A stretch of 36,264 bases of DNA from Thermaerobacter marianensis (GCA_020723725.1 DYIG01000001.1:1-36264); one strand, 5' to 3'; shown: positions 26,867 through 34,426, numbered from the stretch's first letter. The notes: generated by a model not told the origin, from the letters alone. A program made the numbers and translations.

Positions 26867-26895
26867 ATTGTAAGATGGAAACCCGGTTTTGACAA
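26867..26895 (-). promoter_or_regulatory. sigma-A-type promoter candidate for Hex-D
   Basis: The minus strand reads TTGTCA (26895-26890) - 17 nt - TACAAT (26872-26867). The spacer contains the palindrome AAACC-G-GGTTT. Confidence 0.55.
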
Positions 26896-26994
26896 GACTT
26901 TTCACCATTTACCTAACTAAATAGGGCCAAATTTATTCGTAGAATAGCTAGCTATTTTTTACGTTTTCCGCTGTTGAGAGAGTGAAAATTACTA

Positions 26995-28455
26995 TTATTT
27001 CTGGTGGCAGTCCTGGCAGACGGCGGAATTCGAGGCTCGTTTCAGGGCGCTCGAACCCGTGATGCCCGCTAAGGCTTCACGTGAGTCGGTGTAGCCTGTT
27101 GTGGGGTCGATTTGGGCGTTTTCAGTGCCATTGGCCGCCCCGTTAAAATTGGCTACCGCCTCGGTGCCGCCACGGGTGGTGCCGTGGGCCAGGTGGCAGG
27201 TAAGGCAGATCATGATGTTCTGGTTGTACTGGTCGCCTGTGTGCGGCCCTTCAAGGGGCAGGGTGGTCGTGAGGGGCCGGGAGTCCTCGAAGGGGAGGTT
27301 TGCTCCGGGGTCCCAGGACATGCCGTCGTAACGCACATCGGCGTAGCTCGCGGGGCTGATGCCCACCGGGTGACGGTGGGTTCCGGGCACGCCGGGGATA
27401 GTCTTGTCGACACTGCCCGGACGGGTATCGCTGTAATAGACATGACACGTCACGCAGAAGTCGTTCATTCCATATATATATTGGGTTACGGAGACGGCGT
27501 CGCTGCGGTCGGGGGCCGTCCAGCTAACAGAGGTAAAGGCGCGCACGCGGGCCTGGGCACCGTTGAGGACACCGCGCAGAGAACGGAAGTTGGTGAACTT
27601 GTCGTGGGCGTCGTGACACGAGGTGCAGCCGAACTCCTCCTTCCAGAGACCGGTCAAGGCTGCGACCGCGATGGTGCCGCTCCCCGGCGCGTCCTTCACA
27701 AACACACCACTCATGTCGTGTACGGACGTGGTGTCCACCTGGGCCAGGTTGGAGAGGTGCTTGCCGAAAGGCCCCGCAGGGGCTTCGGTGTGGGTCATCC
27801 AGCTGTCCGAGACGCGAACCCGCCCGTTGGCTTCATCGTACCTGCTGCCGGTCCCGTCGTGGCAGGTCATACACAGGTCCTCGATGGTCGGACCCTTCAG
27901 GAGCTTGGGATGGCTCGACGAGTGCAGTCCGTGGCAGGTGTGGCAAGAGGCGTTGTTTTCGTTATAACTGCCATGCCGGCTCGGGGTGGGCGGGTAGGCG
28001 GCCACGACCTTGTAGTCCTGCAAACGACCTGTGAAGTCCCCCTCTACAACGAGGTAATAGTACTCCTTGAAATCCTCCACGTTCACGTCGGAGAAGACGA
28101 GCATATTCGGGAAAAGCTCATCGTTGTCCGCCCAGGCGCCATCAGGGATAACGGTGCTAAGGACCAGGCGACCGCCAGCATCCGTAGTGGCCCAGGCAAT
28201 ACGGGAGAGATCCCGGCCATCTTCATAGGCGTGTCGATAGACGGAGTAGGTGACATCCGGCCTGGGGGTGAAAGCCAGACGGACCTTGCCTGAGGTTGCG
28301 AAAACCTTGATTTCCTGGGGGCCGAGATAGGAGGTGTCGAGTGCTGCGGCATAGCTGGACAGCAAAAGGGAAGCCGCACCGGTTACAGCAAGACCGGCAA
28401 GAATAAACGCTACGACCCCTACCCAAAGCCTCCGAATCACTTCAAATTCCCCCAA
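26995..28455 (-). CDS. secreted hexahaem c-type cytochrome, minimal family member Hex-E
   Basis: 486 aa. The ORF-track start is TTG 28455, with a GTG 5 codons later as an alternative. It has six CxxCH (CHTCH, CMTCH, CTSCH, CVTCH, CLTCH, CQDCH) and a signal/anchor helix (LWVGVVAFILAGLAVTGAASLLL). The family blocks are retained (AAYPPTPSRHGSYNENNASCHTCHGLHSSSHPKLLKGPTIEDLCMTCHDGTGSRYDE; LPLEG; last haem motif 2 residues from the C-terminus). Confidence 0.85.
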   Translation of the reverse strand: MGEFEVIRRLWVGVVAFILAGLAVTGAASLLLSSYAAALDTSYLGPQEIKVFATSGKVRLAFTPRPDVTYSVYRHAYEDGRDLSRIAWATTDAGGRLVLSTVIPDGAWADNDELFPNMLVFSDVNVEDFKEYYYLVVEGDFTGRLQDYKVVAAYPPTPSRHGSYNENNASCHTCHGLHSSSHPKLLKGPTIEDLCMTCHDGTGSRYDEANGRVRVSDSWMTHTEAPAGPFGKHLSNLAQVDTTSVHDMSGVFVKDAPGSGTIAVAALTGLWKEEFGCTSCHDAHDKFTNFRSLRGVLNGAQARVRAFTSVSWTAPDRSDAVSVTQYIYGMNDFCVTCHVYYSDTRPGSVDKTIPGVPGTHRHPVGISPASYADVRYDGMSWDPGANLPFEDSRPLTTTLPLEGPHTGDQYNQNIMICLTCHLAHGTTRGGTEAVANFNGAANGTENAQIDPTTGYTDSREALAGITGSSALKRASNSAVCQDCHQK

Positions 28456-28462
28456 ACTGCCA

Positions 28463-28490
28463 GAGTGCTACTCATTCCTCCCGAGCACTC
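28463..28490 (-). other. intercistronic stem-loop between the 15(+1)-haem gene and Hex-E
   Basis: Minus-strand RNA reads GAGUGCU-CGGGAGGAAUGAGU-AGCACUC (7-bp stem; 28484-28490 pairs with 28463-28469). No U-tract follows it. The loop carries an SD-like GGGAGGAA. Confidence 0.35.
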
Positions 28491-28524
28491 CATTTATCTA
28501 CATCGGCAACCTTGGCCCCAACCC

Positions 28525-31122
28525 TCAGTAGGCCGGCGTCCAGGTATAGGGCGCCGGTACCGAGTGGCACCCCGCTGTGCAGGACGGGTTTGCCGGGTCC
28601 GTTAAATCCAAGGAACTGATTCCCCTCGTCTGATCCGCAATCAACAACCTCGGGTACTGCGCCGATCCATGCTCAGCATGGCAGTTCCAGCAGGAGCTCC
28701 CTTGCTGACCCACATGTAACCCGTGCAGCGAAACGCCTGGCTGACCGGCCACCGTTCCGAAGAAGCGGCTGGCAGGCTCGGCCGAATCCCCCCCGTCCTT
28801 GTAGACGAAGGACTGATGGCACTTGAAGCAGAGTTCATTAGCCGCAACGGGACCTGGTCCGGCCGTGTACGGGTACTGCAGGATGTGCCGGTTGCTCGAA
28901 CCATGGGGCCCTTTCCCGCCCGGGCTTGAGCCGTGGCAGTCGCTGCAGTAGGTCTTCCTGAAGGCGTCCCATCCGTTTGTAAAGGATGCAGCCGAAATAT
29001 ACAGGTTCTTCCCTTCCGTCTCCACAGGGTGGTAAGAGGCGTTATTCGGATTGAATTCGACAGAAGGGTCCCCCTGCGAGCCGTAGGACAGGAGGGGCGG
29101 CCCCTGGGATCCCCAGCTATAAGCTGAGTGGCACTTGAAACAGACCTCATATTCGTAATCAGCTGAACGTTTGAAGATATATTGGGGCTTGCTCCCAGGA
29201 GCCCCGTTAATAACGCCTACGCCGCTGGCATTGCGCAGGGTGGAGAGAATTGCGGGCGCGCCGGAGCTGCGGCTGCCACTCTTCACACGGTTAGCCGCGT
29301 GAGGGTCATGGCAGTCTGAGCATTCCGCGTGCCGTCCGGCCAGAGGCATATTGGCATAGTTTTCGATGTTCTCATGCATGCCATTGACCTGCTGCACGGG
29401 ATGGAAATAGGAATAGTCATTGTATACCACCCCGAGGACCGTGGGATCCGTTTCGGCATAAACGTCTGCGTGACAATTCATACAGACGGGGTTCTCTTCG
29501 TTAAAGCTCAGAAGGTTCGGGTTATTGGAAGCATGGGATCGCGGAACATGGCAGAGCGCACACCCGTTCGGGTCGTCGGACTTGGTGGATGACCCCCAAA
29601 CGGAGTCCTTGTCATACCCCGAACCATTGGTGGTAACCTCTAAGGATGGCCAAAGAACGGAATATGGCACCACATTCAAAGCATCAAAATTCTCCCTCGG
29701 CGGGTTCGGCCCGTGACAACGGAGACAGAATGCCGATGGATTCCCCGCAATGGTGAACGGGAAGGTCAGCTTGGTGTTCTGCGGATCGCTCACCTTTTCG
29801 GTCTTGGTCACGCTATGCGGGCCATGGCAACTCGTGCACTCGAGTTGGGCGCCTGTCACCCCGTAGACATCGTGACGCGATACCACCCCGGGGCCATTGA
29901 ACTCCATTTCGATATCCGACCTGGGCATTACCCGTGAACTATGGCACTGGAAGCAGACCTCTTCCTCCCCATTGCCGGGGTCGGCGCCACCTAGGGGCAC
30001 TTCCCCATGGGATGCTGAGTTCCTGGCAAGGAGCCACCTCGAGCCAGAGGCATGCTGGTCATGGCAGCGGATACACGTTACCCCTGTTCCTGACGGTGGG
30101 TCCATGGGGCGAATCCCGGTGTCCGGGTCCACGTAATCAGTGCTATTATGAACGGCGTTAGGCGCCGAATGGTCGCCGCCCGTGAAGCTGTAATAATCAT
30201 AGTACCCGGGCTCCCCGGGGTTGCCGCCCCACTTCCTGTCATCCGGCCCGTGGCAGGTTAGACAGAATTCCGGCCCGCCAAAGACCTTGATCCCCCCGGC
30301 GGACCAGTTGATCTGCCGGAGCAGCATCGGGTAAACCCCTTTTTCGGGGGCGGGTTTTTTGTCGCCATGGACATTATGGCAGGCCGTGCAGTTAATTAAG
30401 GGGGTAACAAGGAGGTTGCCCGTACCCATAACCGGGTGATAACTGACGTTGCCCGAAGCATCGCTGAATGCGGCTTTAGTGTTGGAAATAGCACCTGTCC
30501 CGTCATGGCAGGTGAAACAGAGCGGCGCCACCACCGGAAGTGAACCGGATGGCGGCTCAACGGATTGCTTCAGGAGCCTGGGTGACGTGACCGAGTGTAT
30601 GCCGTGGCAAACGGAACAGGCGTTCGTATTGGAAGCATACTTGCCGTGCGGGGAATTGAAAAGCCCCACGCGCACGCTGTCCTCTGCCCCTGCAGCGCTA
30701 GCTTTGACAATGGCAGCAACACCTTCGATTGATTCCGGCGGTTCGACCGGGTAGACCCGAAGAGTAACAAAAGCCTTGCCGTCTGGCCGGGTAACAGCCG
30801 AGGGCTCTGACAACTCGCCGATGCTGGTAATGAAATTAATGGTTTCCCCAGCCATGGGGAGGCCTGAATTGTCATAAACCAGCGCGGTAATGGTCGTTGT
30901 GGTCGACCCGTTGACCGGGATGGCCGCCGGAGATGCAGTGACCTTGATTGTTGCCGCAAGGACATTGTTGATCCATTCGGCGGAAATAAAAATTGACAGC
31001 ACAAGAATAACCAGAACCTTATAACAATTAAAAGAATTCCGGCCTGGCCCGACCCCACCGCGCACCCGACCGAAAACCTTGACATCGTCGGGCGCCCGCT
31101 TGTCGTACGCCTCCTTATACAT
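28525..31122 (-). CDS. large multihaem c-type cytochrome, 15 CxxCH plus one C-terminal CxxxCH, with N-terminal Ig-like (Big_1/invasin-type) domain
   Basis: 865 aa with a TM/signal helix (VLVILVLSIFISAEW). The Ig-like segment reads IKVTASPAAIPVNGSTTTTITALVYDNSGLPMAGETINFITSIGELSEPSAVTRPDGKAFVTLRV. The family dihaem module follows (HGKYASNTNACSVCHGIHS..CFTCHDGTGA). I counted 13 further CxxCH, and CTAGCH lies 12 residues from the C-terminus. Confidence 0.9.
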   Translation of the reverse strand: MYKEAYDKRAPDDVKVFGRVRGGVGPGRNSFNCYKVLVILVLSIFISAEWINNVLAATIKVTASPAAIPVNGSTTTTITALVYDNSGLPMAGETINFITSIGELSEPSAVTRPDGKAFVTLRVYPVEPPESIEGVAAIVKASAAGAEDSVRVGLFNSPHGKYASNTNACSVCHGIHSVTSPRLLKQSVEPPSGSLPVVAPLCFTCHDGTGAISNTKAAFSDASGNVSYHPVMGTGNLLVTPLINCTACHNVHGDKKPAPEKGVYPMLLRQINWSAGGIKVFGGPEFCLTCHGPDDRKWGGNPGEPGYYDYYSFTGGDHSAPNAVHNSTDYVDPDTGIRPMDPPSGTGVTCIRCHDQHASGSRWLLARNSASHGEVPLGGADPGNGEEEVCFQCHSSRVMPRSDIEMEFNGPGVVSRHDVYGVTGAQLECTSCHGPHSVTKTEKVSDPQNTKLTFPFTIAGNPSAFCLRCHGPNPPRENFDALNVVPYSVLWPSLEVTTNGSGYDKDSVWGSSTKSDDPNGCALCHVPRSHASNNPNLLSFNEENPVCMNCHADVYAETDPTVLGVVYNDYSYFHPVQQVNGMHENIENYANMPLAGRHAECSDCHDPHAANRVKSGSRSSGAPAILSTLRNASGVGVINGAPGSKPQYIFKRSADYEYEVCFKCHSAYSWGSQGPPLLSYGSQGDPSVEFNPNNASYHPVETEGKNLYISAASFTNGWDAFRKTYCSDCHGSSPGGKGPHGSSNRHILQYPYTAGPGPVAANELCFKCHQSFVYKDGGDSAEPASRFFGTVAGQPGVSLHGLHVGQQGSSCWNCHAEHGSAQYPRLLIADQTRGISSLDLTDPANPSCTAGCHSVPAPYTWTPAY

Positions 31123-31261
31123 TGGCCGTCCCCTAACTAAAATAAGAGTTTATACATCTATAATCCTTTCTAACATTGCCATTTAAGATCAGAATTAACT
31201 AAAACTAAGTAACAATTAATTAAATTGTACTATTTATTCAATAGCTTTCTATAGTCAGACT

Positions 31262-32413
31262 TTACCATGGCATTGTGAATCTCCCTGGGAGCAGACGATG
31301 GCAACCCAGGCAGAGGAAGTCTTTGTCACGTAGCCACATCCTCGGGTTATTTGAGCCATGCGGCTGGTGGCAACTGATACATGATACTGGCTGGCCCGTA
31401 AGAGGGTCAGGTATGGGACCGTAAACCCTATGGGACTTGTGCAGATCAATTGCACCCACACGTGCCTGAGGCATGGAGTGACATTGCAAGCAAAGGTCGG
31501 CGAAGGGCTGGGTTGAGCCAACCGGGGCCTTGGCCATCCTCGGGTAATCGCTCCCGTGCGGGTTGTGACACATCGTGCACATCGCCTGGGAGAAAGGCGG
31601 GTGCAAGACCGCCATATTCATGGCTTGTGCTACCGTGGGGTGACAGTTCATACAGAGATACGGCATAGCAAGCCTTGTGTTCTTGGTGTTATTGGAAGCA
31701 TGCGGTACATGGCAGCCAAGGCAGGCGTTCTGTTGATAGGGTGGATGCTTTACCTTGGCCTGGCCATACCTCAGGTTCATATTGTGGCAGGAAAGGCACA
31801 ATTCAGCCGGTTCAAGTTTTAAGTCCATTAGCTGATCAGAGGCATGAGGGTCATGGCATCCGGTACACCAGCCGTTTTTAAACGGGATATGAACACTGGA
31901 CATCTGAAGCTGCTTAGTAATCTGCTCGTTGGTGTCGTGGCAGGATGAACACACCTTGTCCACGCTCATACGCAGCAGCATACGGTTATTCGGGTCAACC
32001 GAAATGGTGTTATCGGCGGAAGCAGGGTGTGCGACGTGACAGTCCAGGCATTTCTGTTCGCGGAAAGGCAGGTGCTGGTTTGCCCTGGCCATTAACTGGT
32101 CGACGCGAGCCTGATGGCAATTTACACAGGATGCGTTATCCTGCGCAGCCGACACTATTCCACCAGGAGCCGGCTGCCCAAAGATGTCACCCCAGGTTTG
32201 ATACCAGAAATCACGGACTGGGGGCACCGTTATGGATATCAGCACCACGATAAGAAGGGCTATACCTGCCGACAGGAGACGATTGTCGGAAATGTAACTG
32301 GCGGCCTTAGCGACTAACCCTTGCCAAAACGACAAAACCCCAAAACCCCTTCCTAAGCTGCCGCTACTCCTTGGCCTTCTTGTCGGCCATCCTCTTATCC
32401 TCAGCTTCCGCAC
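31262..32413 (-). CDS. membrane-anchored undecahaem c-type cytochrome (c7/c3-like repeats)
   Basis: 383-aa ORF with 11 CxxCH. The motif H(L/I/P)PF....C.(D/G/M)CH.(A/P)H recurs, as in c7/c3-type multidomain cytochromes. It has one TM helix (LLSAGIALLIVVLISITV). The ORF-track ATG 32413 overlaps the upstream TPR gene by 50 nt. TTG 32335, 9 nt after GGAAGGGG, is a more likely start. Confidence 0.85.
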   Translation of the reverse strand: MRKLRIRGWPTRRPRSSGSLGRGFGVLSFWQGLVAKAASYISDNRLLSAGIALLIVVLISITVPPVRDFWYQTWGDIFGQPAPGGIVSAAQDNASCVNCHQARVDQLMARANQHLPFREQKCLDCHVAHPASADNTISVDPNNRMLLRMSVDKVCSSCHDTNEQITKQLQMSSVHIPFKNGWCTGCHDPHASDQLMDLKLEPAELCLSCHNMNLRYGQAKVKHPPYQQNACLGCHVPHASNNTKNTRLAMPYLCMNCHPTVAQAMNMAVLHPPFSQAMCTMCHNPHGSDYPRMAKAPVGSTQPFADLCLQCHSMPQARVGAIDLHKSHRVYGPIPDPLTGQPVSCISCHQPHGSNNPRMWLRDKDFLCLGCHRLLPGRFTMPW

Positions 32414-33011
32414 GGAGACGTGCCGCTTCTTTTCTAGCCCTGGCAGCGTCCTCGGTAAGCCCCGTTTTTTCCAGGGATTCGGCCAACCAGTCCTGAATAA
32501 CCGCCGAATCCGGGTTCAGTCGAGAGGCTTCTTGAAGAACCTGCACAGCATCTTCGTACCTATTACTACGCCGATATGCAATACCAAGGCCTACATAGGT
32601 TGCACTTGAATCCGGATTCAGCCTGGCCGCTTCCTTTAGAGCACCCTCGGCCCGTTTCGTATTGCCAAGATCCAGATAAACCATCCCCAGTAAATACCAT
32701 ACCGTGGCTTCACCAGGGAAAAGCCTTACCGTTGATTCGAGAAGCCGTCGGGCGCTCCTGTGCCCCCCTGCGTCTCGATAGAGTTCAGCTAGCCTAAGGC
32801 GGGTTTGAAGGCTTTCAGGATCCGCGGCCAATTCAGCCCTTAGCCGCTTCATCTCGCGGGCCTGGGGTGAACGGTCAAAGAACTGCCCGTAGACCCAAGG
32901 CCAACCAAACAAAACAAGCATCCCTGCTACCAGCAACCCTATGCCAACCGTATGTGCCCTTCTGCTTACATCCGGGTCGTTTAACACAGCCGCTGCTCTT
33001 TCCATATCCAC
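32364..33011 (-). CDS. membrane-anchored TPR-repeat protein (TPR-D)
   Basis: 215 aa. A TM helix (VGIGLLVAGMLVLFGWPWVYG) is followed by TPR units (ATVWYLLGMVYLDLGNTKRAEGALKEAARLNP; SATYVGLGIAYRRSNRYEDAVQVLQEASRLNP). It has a basic C-terminal tail and is more divergent from TPR-A/B/C. Confidence 0.8.
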   Translation of the reverse strand: MDMERAAAVLNDPDVSRRAHTVGIGLLVAGMLVLFGWPWVYGQFFDRSPQAREMKRLRAELAADPESLQTRLRLAELYRDAGGHRSARRLLESTVRLFPGEATVWYLLGMVYLDLGNTKRAEGALKEAARLNPDSSATYVGLGIAYRRSNRYEDAVQVLQEASRLNPDSAVIQDWLAESLEKTGLTEDAARARKEAARLRAEAEDKRMADKKAKE

Positions 33012-33060
33012 TCACCAGAGAAAGGTTTCTCGATATAAATCGGAAACTCCAGGCATCAGC

Positions 33061-34413
33061 TTAACCTCCACTCCCTGACCCGGAGGAAGTTGGGGAAAGC
33101 CCGGGTATACCTGCTGGTGGCGGCGGTGGTTCAATCCCTTTGGCCCGCATATCTGCGCGGAACTTCTCTATGAGCACCTTTGCAGTCTGCGAGTTGTGGC
33201 AAACCTGGCAGTGGTTCGTCTGGTGACAGTTATAGCAGTTGCCCTGAACCGGCCCCTGGGACTTTACATATTGATAGTGTTTAGGCAACCAATCGGCCGC
33301 CGGTTCATGCTTGCTCTTGTCAGGCGGGTTATGGCACATATTGCACCATATCTTCTGAACAGCCCTCTCCTCAAGGTCTGTGGATAGTTTCTTGACATCG
33401 GGTTTGTTGGGGTTATGGCAGACTCCGCAATACTGGAAATTGGCCAGAGCCCCTGTTTTATGAATGATCCGCCAGATGTCGTTGTGCCGCGCGGGCCTGT
33501 TGTTCATATGACAGCTCGAACACCAGAAGCTGTTCCTGGCAAATAGCCGGGCATCTTTAGAATCATCCAGGTTGGGGTCGATCTTTTGCGGCGCGTGACA
33601 CCCGGCACACATACCGGGGCCCATGGATAGCGCCTGCGGGCCATGCCCCTTCAGCCAATCCTCCCGTGGTTCGTGGAACCCGGGGAGCATCTTGGCCACG
33701 TGGCAGGTGGAACAGGCCATTAATTTTGGCGGCCAGACGCCCACCTGTTGAACCTTCCGGTGACATTCCAGGCAGGTGTCCTGTTTGGGCTTTGGGAAAT
33801 CCAGCTTTCCATCCTCGGTCTTCACACCGTGTATAGCGCTGACATGGCACTTGGAACAACCCACCTTCTTCTGTGCGTGTGTCTTGTGTGCCGCTATGTG
33901 CATGACCCCTTCTTTGGGCTTATCGTCCTTGAACTGGTGGCACCCGCTGCAAGCAGTGTCAGGGACGTCATGGCCAGGCTCCTGCGCGGGTGCTCCTGCA
34001 GCCAATGCCTTAACGGCTTCCTTTTTAGGATTCTTGGCATCCTTTCCATTTTTCTGATCATTATTACCAGGATTATCAGGCTTCAGGGTCCAGGATTTAT
34101 CCATCAAAGAGGAACTAACCACCTTGGGGTCCTGGTGGCAGGAAACGCAACGCAAACCATAATGCGCGGCTACCTTGGGGGGCTCTTCCTTTTTCTTGTC
34201 TTTTTTATCCTTAGCCTTGTCTTTGTTCGCCTTGGCCAACAAATCACCGAGTTTGTCTCCGCCATGACAAGAGGCGCAGGTCGCGGGAACGGCCACTTTG
34301 TTGACGGCTATCGCCGCGCCCAACATAGGCGCCAGTACCAGGAGAAAAAAGGCCACCGGCATGATGTAAAACGTCCAGTTTTTCTGATTCCACCGGTGGG
34401 GCGTCCCGTACAT
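33061..34413 (-). CDS. membrane-anchored dodecahaem c-type cytochrome
   Basis: 450 aa with 12 CxxCH. A TM helix (FYIMPVAFFLLVLAPMLGAAIAV) is followed after 11 residues by the first haem motif (CASCH), a NapC/NirT-like layout. It has Lys/Asp-rich linkers (KANKDKAKDKKDKKKEEPPK) and a Pro/Ser/Gly tail. GAGGTG lies 5 nt before the ATG. Confidence 0.9.
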   Translation of the reverse strand: MYGTPHRWNQKNWTFYIMPVAFFLLVLAPMLGAAIAVNKVAVPATCASCHGGDKLGDLLAKANKDKAKDKKDKKKEEPPKVAAHYGLRCVSCHQDPKVVSSSLMDKSWTLKPDNPGNNDQKNGKDAKNPKKEAVKALAAGAPAQEPGHDVPDTACSGCHQFKDDKPKEGVMHIAAHKTHAQKKVGCSKCHVSAIHGVKTEDGKLDFPKPKQDTCLECHRKVQQVGVWPPKLMACSTCHVAKMLPGFHEPREDWLKGHGPQALSMGPGMCAGCHAPQKIDPNLDDSKDARLFARNSFWCSSCHMNNRPARHNDIWRIIHKTGALANFQYCGVCHNPNKPDVKKLSTDLEERAVQKIWCNMCHNPPDKSKHEPAADWLPKHYQYVKSQGPVQGNCYNCHQTNHCQVCHNSQTAKVLIEKFRADMRAKGIEPPPPPAGIPGLSPTSSGSGSGG

Positions 34414-34426
34414 GGTTACACCTCGT

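Noticed and set aside
26943-26960. The palindrome AATAGCTAGCTATT followed by TTTTTT downstream of Hex-E, considered as its terminator.
   Set aside because: The U-tract would follow the hairpin only on a plus-strand transcript, whereas Hex-E is on the minus strand. The stem is short and AT-rich. At most it blocks antisense transcription.
9896-28455. The conserved (D)P(I/.)LPLEG block in the Hex proteins as a sortase LPxTG-type sorting signal, and a search for SLH or other wall-anchor repeats.
   Set aside because: The motif is internal. It lacks the Thr-Gly plus hydrophobic tail and basic end of sorting signals, and it lies within the haem-binding core. No SLH-like repeats were seen.
32335-32413. 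An apparent 50-nt overlap between the TPR-D gene and the 11-haem cytochrome gene.
   Set aside because: It is probably an artefact of maximal ORF extension. TTG 32335, preceded by GGAAGGGG at a 9-nt spacing, gives a non-overlapping start directly before the TM helix.
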